A stretch of DNA of 62,703 bases, counting the filler, from Chiloscyllium plagiosum (lineage: Eukaryota), in NCBI RefSeq assembly GCF_004010195.1. It is 3 parts of one record of this genome, joined end to end, with 100 filler letters (N's around TTAATTAATTAA, not from the genome) between each part and the next. Parts side by side here need not be neighbours in the genome. Positions count along the whole stretch, not along the records: positions 31,108 to 54,467 come from NC_057715.1; 2 more parts are not named here. The stretch is one strand, 5' to 3'. A program made the position numbers and the translations under genes. Positions within the stretch are counted from its first letter, which is position 1; each line of letters starts with the position of its first letter. The notes under the pieces are model-generated. The model ran no database searches. It saw only the letters and a list, made by a program, of their open reading frames with translations, and was not told the origin of the DNA. This document shows positions 36,101 through 48,900 of this stretch, one piece after another.

Positions 36101-36124
36101 CACGAGCAATCTCCCAGATGTAAT

Positions 36125-37742
36125 AGCGGCTGAAGGGAATTTATATTAGGCAAGAAATGGTTTCGGAGAGACTGTTAGGTCTGAAGGCTGATAAGTCCCG
36201 GGGCACCTGATGGACTGCATCCCAGGGTACTGAAGGAGGTGGCTCTAGAAATCGTGGATGCATTGGTGATCATTTTCCAATGTTCTATAGATTCAAGATC
36301 AGTTCCTGCGGATTGGAGGGTGGCTAATGTTATCCCACTTTTTAAGAAGGAGGGAGAGAGAAAACAGAGAATTATAGACCAGTGGTGGGAAAAATGCTGG
36401 AGTCAATTATAAAGGATGAAATTACGACACATCTGGATAGCAGTATCAGGATAGGTCAGAGTCAGCATGGATTTATGAAGGAGAAATCATGCTTGACTAA
36501 TCTTCTGGAATTTTTTGAGGATGTAACTCTGAAGATGGATAAGGAGATTCAGTGGATGTAGTATACCTGGACTTTCAGAAAGCCTTTGATAAAGTCCCAC
36601 ATAGGAGGTTAGTGAGCAAAATCAGGGCATATGGTATTAGGGGCAAAATACTGAAATGGATTGAAAATTGGTTGGCTGACAGGAAACAAAGAGTTGTGAT
36701 AAATGGCTCCCTTTTGGAATGGCAGGTGTGACCAGTGGTGTGCTGAAGGGATCAGTGCTGGGACCGCAGCTTTTTGATGATATAGATGAAGGTATTAAAA
36801 GTAATATTAGCAAATTTGCTGATGACACAAAGTTGGGTGGCAGGGTGAAATGTGAGGAGGATGTTAGGAGAATATAGGGTGACCTGGACAGGCTAGGTGA
36901 GTGGACGGATGCATGGCAGATACAGTTAAATGTGGATAAATGTGTGGTTATCTACTTTGGTGGCAAGAACAGGAAGGCAGATTACTATCTAAATGGAGTC
37001 AAGTTAGGTAAAGGGGCAGTACAACGAGATTTAGGTGTTCTTGTACATCAGTCAATGAAAGCAAGCATGCAGGTACAGCAGGCAGTGAAGAAAGCTAATA
37101 GTATGCTGGCCTTCATAACAAGAGGGATTGAGTTTAGAAGCAAAGAGGTCCTTCTGCAGCTGTACATGGTCCTGGTGAGACCGCACCTGGAATATTGTGC
37201 ACAGTTTTGGTCTCCAAATTTGAGGCAGGACATTCTGGCTATTGAGGGAGTGCAGCGTAGGTTCACGAGGTCAATTCCCGGAATGGTGGGACTATCTTAC
37301 GCTGAAAGATTGGAGCGGCTAGGCTTGTATATGCTTGAGTTTAGAAGGCTGAGACGGGATGTGATTGAGACGTATAAGATTATTAAAGGATTGGACACTC
37401 TAGAGGCAGGAAGCATGTTTCTGCTGATGGGTGAGTCCCGAACCAGAGGACACAGTTTAAAAGTAAGGGGTGACTACTTAGAACAGGGTTGAGGAGAACC
37501 TTCTTCACCCAGAGAATGGTGGGTGTATGGAATGCTCTGCCCCAGAAGGTAGTGGAGGCCAAGTCTCTGGATACTTTCAAGATAGAGCTCTTAAGGGTAG
37601 TGGAATCAAGGGTTATGGGGATAAGGCAGGAACAGGATACTGATTGAGGATGATCAAGCCATGATCATAATGAATGGTGGTGCTGGCTCGAAGGGCAGAA
37701 TGGCCTACTCCTGCACCTATTGTCTATTCTCTATTGTCTATT
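36125..37742 (+). mobile_element. CR1 LINE RT region and 3' tail, fairly young
   Basis: DGLHPRVLKE, YLDFQKAFDKVPH, SKFADDTK; ORF 36932-37492; (ctattgt)n tail. Confidence 0.93.
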
Positions 37743-38099
37743 GCATGTTCAGCCCCATGTATCTAAAAATCATTGGATTTTTGAAAATCTGATTTTTGAG
37801 AATGACCCTGTTCAGTCACATGAAAACCAAGGTCAGAAGCTTATGACCTTGAGCAGAACTCAAATCAAAGGACAGCAATGATGATAACTCAATCCATCAG
37901 TCTATTTATGACACCGTTTCACACGTTTTTCCCACAGTGGCGCCATTTCAGTGCTTCAGATTTGTATGACGAGCAAGTGAATATTAGGGATTTAACACTT
38001 TTAAGAGCAGGATACTGGGATAGACTTCTGCTCTTGTGTGAGGTATGGAGGAGGATTTTGATTAATGTTGTAAGATCCACATTATGGGTGCAGTAGGTT

Positions 38100-38560
38100 G
38101 TTGATTAATGAAAACGTGTATCCGTTATGAATGTATTTGAACGTTGATTCTCAATACAATGCATAATATTCTGATCATTAATTTTTATAATCAGATCTTG
38201 ATTATTGACAATAGGACTCATTAATTGAAATAATTAATACTAATGTGTTAACATCCTAATGACCTAAGCAATAATTTTTAGGCACTCGCCAGCTGGTCAT
38301 GAATGCAATAGAAGCTATGCAATTATTAATGTAATGATTATCAATGTAATAGAATTCTAATTATTAATGTAAATCAGTATTGATTATTTTTGCAATAAGA
38401 TCTCAATTGTTGATGGCGCATTCTTATCGTAATATTGAGATTAATCAATGTAGTGGTATCCCAAATTTTAAAGTGACTCTGATTATGAATATAATTAGAC
38501 TCTGATTATAAATGTAATAGAATCATGATTATTAATGCATTGTGGTCCTGATTATTGAAC
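38100..38560. repeat. Degenerate AT-rich minisatellite (unit about 22 bp, tgattattaatgtaatagaatc-like)
   Basis: Recurrent (t)gattat(t/c/g)aatg units at roughly regular spacing. Confidence 0.55.
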
Positions 38561-39944
38561 ACATCGGTTTGCCGTGAAAAACTACTTTTTCTTGGATTTT
38601 TTGCAGCAGCAATTAGGCCTTGAAAAGTAGTCTATTAGGCCAACTCACCAACAAAAACAACACAATTATTTGAAGGGGCCTTACTGTCAAAAAATCTGTC
38701 TGAGTTCCACTTCAAGTCATTGCTCCTTCGGAACTCATGACAGAATAGTTTGCAAAGTCCTGCTGTATGACCTCATGAAATTTATTGCTGTCTTTCTCAC
38801 CCTTTCATTACCCTTGTGTATTTTGTGTCATGTAAGCCAGCACCAAGCCATTAAGTCCAAGTTCCAAGTTCTTGACAGTGGTAAACCTTACCATATACCT
38901 GTTGTATGTACACCAATCTTTGTTATTCATCGGGGATAGGGGCACAGATCTATTGTGCTAACAAAAAAAAATGCAGATACTGCTAAAAGGAAATCTCCTA
39001 TTTGCCGTGAAAGACCATGCACTCAGACCTGGTGCATCAATAGAAAAAAGAAATGGGATCTGGACTGACCTCTCAAGTATATGGATCTATGGATAAGGAA
39101 TCTGCAGATAATGAATGAGTGTAGTGGAACTTGCATACAAAATTTGATTAGTTCCCATTAAGTACATTTAGTGGTTTCAACATGCTGAATCAATAGCATG
39201 ATGTTTTGTGGTTGTCAGCCATTTTGCTTCTGAGATGCTTCTCCCAAGATTCCACCCATAATGTAAGTATTTTTCAATATAAAATTAATTATACAAGAAT
39301 ACTTGTATAAGTATTACAGTCATAATTTTCCTTTCAGTCTGTTACTTGTTGCTGATGCTGAGCAACAGTTCTATCAAGGCATGGAGCTATCTTGATTAAG
39401 CACTCATTGAAATCATGTTCAATGTCCATCCTGGTGTAGTTATGCTGAATTCGCAAACTGTCCCTGAATCTTGTTGAGTCATACTGCAAATTTTGCAGGT
39501 GTCACTGGGCTCAGTGAACTACTGTTGAAGTTGTTAGGCTCGTGGTGAAGTTAATAAAGTATAAACAAGGTTAGAACACTCATTGGAATGAGGAAACGGT
39601 TATATTAAGATGAATCCTCACCACTGCTCACCATATTGTATGAGCTATGTGGCAGATTTGGTGCTACCATCCCATTGGTAGGGATATATATATATATCTC
39701 ACACACACACACTCACATACACACACTGCAGGATTTTAGGTTCATGGATCCTTGAGGCCTGTTCTAGGATGGTTTACCTATACAAGAGGGATAGATTTCA
39801 TCTGAACTGGAGAGGAACGAATATCCTTGCAGAAGGTTCACTGGTGCTACTCGTGAGAGTTAAACTAGAGTGGTAAGGGGCTGGGAACCATACCAGTGGA
39901 TCAGCAAGTGAAGGCATTGAGGGGAAGGCACACGTTAGAACCAG

Positions 39945-40354
39945 GTGAAAGTGAGGATTGCAGATGCTGGAGATTAGAGTTGAGAGTTTGGTGCTGGAAA
40001 AGCACAGCAGGTCATGCAGCATCCGAGGAGCAGGAGAATCAACATTTCGGGCAAGAGCCCTTTATCAGGAATGAAACTTGTGAGCCAAGGAGGTAGAGAG
40101 ATAAATGACAGGGAGGAGTGGGGCTGGGAGGAAGGTAGCTGAGAGTACGATAGGTAGATCCAGGTGGGGGTAATGGTGATAGATCGGAGAGGAGGGTGGA
40201 GCGGATAGATGGGAAAGACAATGGACAGGTATGACAGGTCATGAAGGTGGTGCTAAGTTGGAAGGTTGGAACTGGGATAAAGTGGGAAGGGGCCGGGGGG
40301 GAGCGGGGGAATGAGGAATCTAATGAAGTCCACATTGATGCTGTGTGGTTGCTA
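39945..40354. mobile_element. Penelope terminal-repeat fragment (family A) with mutated hammerhead core
   Basis: Same repeat family as the copies at 61030 and 62275; TSD ttagaaccag at 39935-39944 and 40355-40364. Confidence 0.8.
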
Positions 40355-40813
40355 TTAGAACCAGTAAGTCAGAAAGGAAGGACAAGTAGAGACAGGTAAA
40401 TGAATACAATGGTACTGATGAGCTCAAGAGTGTTTATTTCAATGTAAGGAATATTATAGGTAAGGCAGATGAGCTTAGAGAATAGATCAGTACATAGGAC
40501 TATGATATTATGGCCATTACAGAGATTTGGTTGAGATAGGGACAGAACTAGCAGCTCAATTTTCCAGGCTTCTGTTGTTTTAGATGAGACAGAGGAAGAT
40601 AAGAGGTGGAGGAGTTGCTTTACTAATGAAGGAGAATGTTACATTTGCACTCAGTGAGCAGATGGAGGGCTAATCCACTGAGGCAATATGGATAGAGCTC
40701 AAAAATAAGATGCGTGCAATTCACTCTGAGTGGATTATACTATAGGCCCCCCAACAGCAACTGAGACATTGAGAAAGAAATATACAAGCAGATTATGAAA
40801 AGAGTCAATAAGT

Positions 40814-41139
40814 GGGCGGCACGGTGGCACAGTGGTTAGCACTGCTGCCTCACAGCGCCAGAGACCCGGGTTCAATTCCCGCCTCAGGCGACTGACTGTG
40901 TGGAGTTTGCACGTTCTCCCCGTGTCTGCGTGGGTTTCCTCCGGGTGCTCCGGTTTCCTCCCACAGTCACAAAGATGTGCAGGGTCAGGTGAATTGGCTG
41001 TGCTAAATTGCCCGTAGTGTTAGATAAGGGGTAAATGTAGGGGTATGGGTGGGTTTCGCTTCGGCGGGTCGGTGTGGACTTGTTGGGCCAAAGAACCTGT
41101 TTCCACACTGTAATCTAATCTAAATTCTAATCTAATCTA
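40814..41139 (+). mobile_element. HE1-type V-SINE, young full-length copy
   Basis: Intact A box (tggcacagtgg) and B box (ggttcaattcc), V core, CR1 tail, (aatct)n. Confidence 0.92.
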
Positions 41140-42536
41140 AAAACACGGTTGTCATCGTGAGTGAAATTAACTTCCCCAATATTGACTTGGACTCCTTTTA
41201 AGCAAGCGGCTTGGATGGAGCAACTTTGTTAAGTGCATCTGAAAGGGTTTCTTGAAATAATATGTGAATAGTCCAACTAGAGGAGTGGCCATACTGAAAC
41301 TTAAATTGGTTAATGAGCCTGACCTTTCAGTGGGATAGCTAATTTGGATACAGTGATCACAACTCCTTAAGTTTTAAGATAGCTATGAATAAGAGTAAGT
41401 CAGGACCTTGCAGAGAGGTACTAAATTGGTGAGGCAAATTTCATCAGTATTAGGTAGGAGCTAAGGAGGAGCTGTTATCAAGCAAGTCCACATTTGACAT
41501 GTGGACCTATTGTCAGAGTTAAGGACCAGCATGTTCCAGTAAGGAGAAAGGACAAGGATGGCAAGGAAAGGGACTCTTAGATAATGAGGGAGGTTGTGAC
41601 TTTACTCAGAAGGGAAAAAAGTAGTATATGTAAGGTTTAGGAAGCTAAAATCAGACAGCCAAGTGTGGAATATAAAGAAAACAGAAAGAATTAGGAGAGC
41701 AAGAAGGGGCCATGAGATAACCTTGGCGAATAGGATTAAAGAGAATCCCAAGGCATTCTATACATACGTTGAAAAAAAGAGAACAAAATTCCAGTGCACC
41801 TGAGATTGCTGGGACCTTGACCAAGATCTTTGTATCCTTGCTAGCCCAGAAGACTGGTGAGTAGCTAATGTAGGTTCCTTTGTTCACGAAGGGAAATAGG
41901 GAGAATGCAGGAAGTTTTGTGATTTTCACATCAGTGGTTGGGAAACTATTGGAAAGCATTATGAGGGATAGCATTTGCATGTAGTTGGAAAAGTATAGCC
42001 CAATTCAGGACAGTCAGTATGGCTTTGTACAGGGCAAGTCATGTCTTACTAACTTGATTGAATTTTTCAAGGAGGTGACGATGGTGATTGTTGAGGGTAG
42101 AGAAGTGAATGATGTCTACGTGATTTTAGCAAGGCTTTCAACAAGCTTCCTCGTGGTAGACTAATCCAGAAGATTTAAGATGCATGGAATCCACGATGAC
42201 TTGGTCACTTGGATTCAGAATTGGCTTGCCCATAGAAGGCAGACAGTAGTGGTGAAGGTTATTTTTCAGGCTAGAAGTCCCTAACTAATGGTTTTCCTCA
42301 GGAATCCATACTGGGATCTCTGCTGTTTCTGATATATACAAACGACTTGGATGAAAATGTAGATAGGTGGGTTAGTAAATTTGCAGATGACACAAAAATT
42401 GGTGGAGTTGTAGATAGTGTAGAAGGTTGTTAAAGGATACAGTGGCATACAAATCAGTTGCAGATATGGGTGGAGCAATAGCAGATGGAGTTTAGTCCAG
42501 GCAAGTATGAGGTGCTGCACTTTGGGAGATCAAATA

Positions 42537-43196
42537 GACTTAGAGATGTACATGGAAACAGATGCTTTGGTCCAACCTGTCAAATTAATCCTTTCTGTTC
42601 ATATACCCATCCAGGTGCCTTTTAAATGTTGTAATTCTACCTGCCTTCACCACTTCCTCTAGCAGCTCATTCCATACACACACTACCCTCTGCACGAAAA
42701 AGTTGCCCTTTAGATCTCTTTTAAATTTTCTCCCTCTCACTTTAAACCTATGCAATCTAGTTTTGGACTTCCCACCCCAGGGAAAAGACCTTGTGTATTT
42801 ATCCTATCCATGCCCTTCATGATTTTATAAACTTCTAAAAACTTCTTAGCCTCCGATGCTCCAGGGAAAATAGCCCCTGCCAATTTAGCCACGCCCTATA
42901 GCTCAAACCCTCCAACCCTGGCAACATCCTTGTAAATCTTTTCTGAATTTTTTCAACTTTCACAACCTCCTTCTGATAGGACGGAGACCAGAATTGCACG
43001 CAGTATTCCAATAGTAGCCTAACCAATGTCCTGTACAGCTACAACATGACCTCCCAAATCCTGCAATCAATGCACTGATCAATAAAGGCAAGCATATCAA
43101 AAGCTTTGCTCACTATCCTGTCTGCCTGCGACTCCACTTTCAAGGAGCTATGAACCTAGATTCTAAGGTCTCTTTATAGCAACACTCCCTAGACCT
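42537..43196 (-). mobile_element. CR1 LINE 3' fragment nested antisense in the host CR1
   Basis: ORF 42835-43026 (LEYCVQFWSPSY); same subfamily as 1716-2600. Confidence 0.88.
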
Positions 43197-43495
43197 TAGA
43201 AAAGTATGCTGTTAATGGCAGGATCCGGAACAGCATTATTGGACAGAGGGATCTTGGGGTTCAAGTCAATTCTCCCTGAAAGTAACCACACAAGTAGATA
43301 GGGTGCTAAACAAGGCGTATAGCATGCTTGCCTTTATTGGTCAGGGCAAGGAGTACAAGAGTTGCATTCATTTCTGGTCACCACATGTGGTGTAAAATTA
43401 TGTCCCAATACATGTGTGAATCATAATGTAACACATGTATTGGGCCAAGCAATGGAATGTGGTGAAAAATTCCAAGCAGTGGAATGTGGTGAAAC

Positions 43496-43952
43496 TGTTA
43501 AAAATTATGTCCCAATACATGTGTGAATCTAACCGGAATGGAGGTGTTGCTTAGTCCCGTGTGAATCTTATTACACACCTCCCCGTGTGAATCTTCTTAT
43601 CTGTATGTAACCAGAATGGAATGTGTTTTTTAGCCTTGCTCTGCTGTTCACATGAATGTTTATATCTGGAAAAGAGTATATCAGCTGGAAAAGTCTCCAG
43701 TTCGGTGAGTCTGCTCCGGGGTTACGTTTTAACCGCCGAGCGTGGGTTGTTGGCAACCGCTCTACGAGAACTGACGGCTCCCAGTTCCGGTAACATGTAG
43801 AGTGAGTATAAGCCAGACCCGTTGTATGAGACCTGGTTGTGGCGACGCTGCGGGGAATAAAATGCCCATATTCTAGCAGACTCGCCTCTTGGTCGTTTGT
43901 TCTGTGTCAGACTACTCTCCTACGAACCTGACCTTGAGAATTTTTTAAAACA
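43496..43952 (+). mobile_element. Solo LTR inserted in the CR1
   Basis: TGTTAAAAATT...AATTTTTTAAAACA terminal inverted repeat; TATA-like gtatat at about 43677; AATAAA 43856-43861; CpG-rich; interrupts CR1 codons W-S-P-H-Y. Confidence 0.7.
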
Positions 43953-44587
43953 CCACATTACAGAAAGGATGTAGAGGCTTTGGCAGTATTTATAGAAGAG
44001 GTTCACAGGGAGTCTGCCCGGATTATAGGGTATGAGCTATAAGGAGAGGCTTGAAATACTCGGGTTGTTTTCTCAGGAGCAGCAGTGGCTGAGGGGAGAC
44101 TTGATTGAAATCTATAAGGTTATGAGATGCATAGATAGGGTTAATGGTCAGAATCTTTTTCCCATAATTGAAATGTCTAATGCTAGGGGACATGTATTTA
44201 AGGTGAAAGGGGAAAGTTCAAAAGAGATGTGAGGGGCAAGTCTTTTATACAGGGAATGGTAAGAGTCTGGAAACACGCTGCCAGGGGTGGTGGTGGAGGC
44301 AGATCCAATTGGGGCATTTAAGGGATGTTTAGATAAACACATGAATATGCAAGGAATGGAGGGATCTGGACCAAGGGCAGGCAGAATGGATTAGTTTAAT
44401 TTGGCATCATATTCAGCACAACATTGTGGACTGAAGGGCATGTTCCTATGCTGTACTGTTCTATGTTCTGATGTTGAAAGCACATTAATTCACTGTTAGC
44501 ATTATTTGTGTTTATTTGTAAATGATTCTGTGTTTCCCGTGCTTCAGACCATTATGTCACTTTCATCCTATTTTGGGTTACTTACAG

Positions 44588-44673
44588 GTGAACAAAAAGC
44601 CCGATAAAATAAATGAAGATTTGCTCAGCGATGTGGACACAGAAGACAAGGGGATCTGGGAGTCAATCACAAG
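44588..44673 (+). CDS. UGGT2: UGGT2 late coding exon (VNKKPDKINEDLLSDVDTEDKGIWESIT), linker before the catalytic domain
   Basis: cttacAG acceptor, AG|GTATCA donor; 86 nt, phase 0 to 2; resembles UGGT V.K..DK..ED.L.D....KG.W.S; joins in frame to the exon at 49332. Confidence 0.88.
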
Positions 44674-44682
44674 GTATCACAA

Positions 44683-45305
44683 GGTGCAAGTACATAGCTC
44701 TCTGAAAGTGGCAGCACAAATGGATAAGTTGGTCAAGAAGACTTACAGTATGTTTGCCGTCACTGGTCAGGGCATTGAGTATAAAAGTTGGCAAGTCATG
44801 TTACAGCTGTATAAAACTTTACTTCAACCATATTTGGAGTATTGTGAGCAATTCTGGTTGTAGGAAGGATGTGGAGGCTTTGGAGAGGGTGCAGAAGAGG
44901 TTTACAAGGATGTTGTCTGGATTGGAGTGCATTAGATATTCAGAGAGGTTGGACAAACTTAGATTGTTTTCTAAGACAAACTTAAAGTTTCAGGTTGAAG
45001 GGTGACCTGATAAAAATTATAAAATTGAGAGGCATGGATAGAGTGGAAACTCAGTCTTTTTCCCAGGGTGGAACTGTCAAGTACTAGGGAGTGTAGTTTT
45101 AAGGTGAGAGAGGGCAAGTTCAAAAGAGTATTGCAAGAAAAGTTCTTTTTACACAGAGGGTGGCTTTTGCATAGACATATCAGGCAGGGAATAGAGTGAT
45201 AGGGATCACATGCAGGCAGAACGGGATTGATTTTAAATGGTGCCATGGTCAGCATGGACATAGTGGGCCAAAGGGCCTGTTCTTGTGCTGTATTTTCTCT
45301 ATTTT
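44683..45305 (+). mobile_element. CR1 LINE 3' fragment abutting a UGGT2 splice donor
   Basis: VQVHSSLKVAAQMDKLVKK...LQPYLEYCEQFW begins about 10 nt after the exon end. Confidence 0.88.
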
Positions 45306-48069
45306 GTGCAGCAAAAAATTAGTTACTGACATGTAATGAGAGATGGACAGTGAGTTACTAGGAATAACCTTTTTATCTTCTCGAGAAAAATTCCACCCAC
45401 AGGAGCCTATCATAATATCCCATAAATAAAAGATGAAGTACAGCATCTGATTGAATTCAGGGATATGTTCAGTCAACAGATGGAGTTATGTGACAGGAGA
45501 GTAAGTGTTTTTTTGGTCCTCCAGAGTTATATAAGAGTCAGCAGACATTTAAATGGTTTGAGCAGATTACATTATCCAAAGTATCACATTTTAGCTGTTA
45601 CCATAAAATTGTTGAATTTCGCATTTAATTCATTTCTGGGACATTGGCAATGCTGGCTGAGCCAGCATTTATTACCCATCTTTTGTTGCCCTTGAGAGGT
45701 TATGTTGAATTTCTGCATTCCTTTTTTATAACTGCACCCTCATTGTTTGAGAGGGATTTCCAGCAACTTGATCTAATGACACTAAAGGTGAACTGTAATG
45801 TATTTCCATGAAAAATGTTGGGTAGTATGGACGGGAACATGCAGTTGGTGGTGTTTTCATTTATCTGTTGCCCTTGTCCTTCTGTAGGTGGCCTTGGATT
45901 TGGAGGTTGCTGCATAAGGAACCTTGGTTAGTGACTAAATGCATCTGGTAACTAGTGCCTCCATGTCATGGTGGAGCGAATAAATGTTGAAGGCAGTTAG
46001 CTGGTTATTCCTTGATGGTGTCACAGTGCATGTTCTAGGAACTGCATTGATGCACGTACATCCCCCTGTGTAGTGCGAACGTTTACTGCTGGTAGCCTGC
46101 TGAACATGATGGAGAATGATCCTTTGCATGCAAAGACTAGTGAAGTGGAAACTAAAGACAATCTAAAGCTGTCACAGCTGAGAAAAATGCGCAAGTGACA
46201 TAGGGAAAAAAAACCTCCAGAAGCACAGGCTGTGGATGACATGAGTTTAAGGACCCACGTTATTAAATAAGTGAGTTGAGTTAGCAGATTGTTCATGAGT
46301 GTTGGGAAGAGACAATTACTGAAGGGAATAGCATTTAATTAATGTAAAAATTTGCTGATAAGAAACCAATTATCGTCATTCCTGCAGAACAAGAGCTTTT
46401 AAGTCGTAACTTTCTGGTTCTTGAATATATCATATTGGTGTTGAGGTCTTTGTATGGTTAACTATTGTATTTTTTGTTAAAATTACTTTGGCAGTCTCTT
46501 ATGAATATGTTCAGTGACTGACCACCGTGGTAAACAAATCACAGAAATGAAACATGGGATCCATCAAGCCAGATTTGACTCTTGAAGCTCACTTGTTCCA
46601 AATTACCATCAACTGGGATCATATCACAAGTTCTATACTAGCCTCCTCAAGATCGCAATGCTTCCAAGTTTTGTTTCATCTACAAATATTGAAGTTCTGT
46701 CATGTGCTCCAAGGTCTTGGTCATTAATATATAGCAAGGCAACCAAGACAATAATCTCTGGGGAAGTCCATTACAAATCTTTCTCTCGCCTGAAGAACAT
46801 CAGTACTGTCTGACTCCTGTCACTCATCTAATTATGTATCCATGTTGCTCCAATCCCTTGTGTTTCATGAGCTGTTATGTTGCTCATAGGTCTGTTCTGT
46901 GGCAGTGGAGCAAATACCTTTTGTAACTCCACATACAGTACATCAACAGCATTCCCCTATTAACCCTCTCATTTAGCACTTCAAAATAACTCCAGCAAGT
47001 TAGTCAAAGATAATTTTCCCTTGAGAAAACTATGCATGGATTTCTTAATGAACCTGCATTTGTAATTCCCTGAACATCTGACATCACTCTTGAGGCCAAG
47101 TAAAACTGAAAGAATGACCAGTGCCTCCAGAATTTCTACAATCATTTCCTTCCTTGTCTGTATTACATCTGGTCTTGGTGTCTTATCAACTTTATGTATC
47201 AGATTGTCTGATATCTCACTTATAAATTGTCAGCCCTTTTAGTAACTGAATTCTCTTTCTCTGTGGCTTGGGTCAACACTATCTTCCTTGATAAAGATCT
47301 TGAATTCAATTATTGGTGACTCATTTTCTTCAATATCCAGTGTGTACAGCACAACTTAGAAAAAATCCATTCATTGCATCTGAAAGTCTACATACAATAC
47401 TGCAGTCAGCCCTGGAACATGCTCTGTGGTCAGGTTAGTCTTAAGTGTCAGCCCTGACACAGTTAGCAGCATATTTGACTCTCACTCACAATCAGGCAGT
47501 ATAGCAACAAACGATATTCAACTGATAAAAGGGATAATTTCAGTAGATTTTGAATGAATCTGGTGCAGCTGGATTGAAAAGAAAAACTGCAGTCAAACAG
47601 CAATAAGTATTCAAGAAGGAGATGGACCATGTACAAACAAACATTCAAATAAAAGCAAAATACTGCAGACGCTCGAAATCTGAAACAAATAGAGAATGCT
47701 GGAGAAACTCAGCAGATCCGGCATCATTTGTAGTGAGAGAAAAACAGAGTTAACATTTGAGTCTGGTGATCAATCCTAGCCCTTCATTTGAAGGACAAAG
47801 GAGGGACATCTAGAGTTAAACCTTCCCAGATGCCTAAAAGTAAAGATGGTAAAACAGGCTTTTGATAAGTACAAAGATCAAATAATACAGTAGCAATCTA
47901 GCAGAAATAGGAAGTACCAAGGAGATATGAATAAAGGAAAAAATAAGCAAGTATGAGAAAAATTAGCAAATAATGAAAGAAAACACTTGATGACTGTTAT
48001 CAACATGTAATGATTCAAAACTAAAAGGGAAATTTTGTGGAGGCAGAGGCCTGTTGAGCCCCCAAGTGA

Positions 48070-48400
48070 GGTGGCATGCTGGCTCAGTGGTTAGAACTAC
48101 TGCCTTCCAGCACCAGGGACCTAGGTTTATTTCCACCCTTGGATAACTGTCTATGTGCAGTTAGCATATTCTACCTGTGTCCCCTTCAGGTGCTCTGGTT
48201 TCCTCCCACAGTCCAAAGATGTGCAGGTTAATTAGGTTGGCCATGCTAAATTGCTCAAAGTGTCCAGGGATGTGCAGACTAGGTGGATTAGCAGGGGAAA
48301 TGTAGGATGATAGGGTAGAGGGGTGGATCTGGATGGGATGCTGTTCGGAAGGTCAGTGTGGACTTAATAGGCCAAATGGCCTGCTTCTACACAATAAAGA
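48070..48400 (+). mobile_element. HE1-type V-SINE, diverged
   Basis: Recognisable head, core and tail. Confidence 0.75.
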
Positions 48401-48559
48401 TTGTAAGTGAGTACTTTATTTATATTCCTGCTAAACAATAGCATATCTCAGTGGTGAAGAACATAATAGAGACATTGGATTGGATTAAAAGAAGCAAGAT
48501 TAACTCAAGTACTGGCACTAGTTCAAAGTAAAAAATCCAAACGGTCCAGATTAGGGGCA

Positions 48560-48900
48560 TGGATAGGATTTATAGACAAGGTCTTTTCCCTGGGTTGGGG
48601 GAGTCCAGAAATAGAGGACATAGGTTTAGGGTGAGAAGATAAAGATTTAAAAGGGACCTAAGGGCAACTTTTTCATGCAAAGGGTGTTGTATGTATGGAA
48701 TGCGCTGCCAGAGGAAATGGTAGAGGCTGATACAATTACAACATTTAAAAGGCATCTGGATGCATATATGAATAAGAAGGGTTGAGACCAATATGGGCCA
48801 AGTGCTGACAAATGGGACTAGATTAATTCAGGATATCTGGTTGGTGTGGATGAGTTGGACCAAAGGGTCTGTTTTCCTATTGTATATTTCTATGACTCTG
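48560..48900 (+). mobile_element. CR1 LINE 3' end
   Basis: ESRNRGHRFRVR...GNFF..RV..WNALP and tail tctatgactct. Confidence 0.85.

Larger units (their letters stand above)
39745..44470 (+). mobile_element. Decayed long CR1 LINE hosting nested Penelope, SINE, CR1 and LTR insertions
   Basis: Endonuclease motifs (YRPPNS, NFPNIDL, SDHNSL) at 40730-41380; RT motifs (GKSCLTNLIEFF, SKFADDTK) at 42030-42400; 3' tail at 44430-44470. Confidence 0.85.

Noticed and set aside
40814..40885. tRNA-like sequences with A and B boxes (here and in other copies)
   Set aside because: They are the tRNA-derived heads of HE1 SINEs, continuous with the V core, not tRNA genes.
44674..44863. ORF 44522-44863 as a UGGT2-reverse transcriptase fusion protein
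   Set aside because: It is simple read-through from the exon into an adjacent CR1 fragment; the exon has a GT donor in phase with the next UGGT2 exon.
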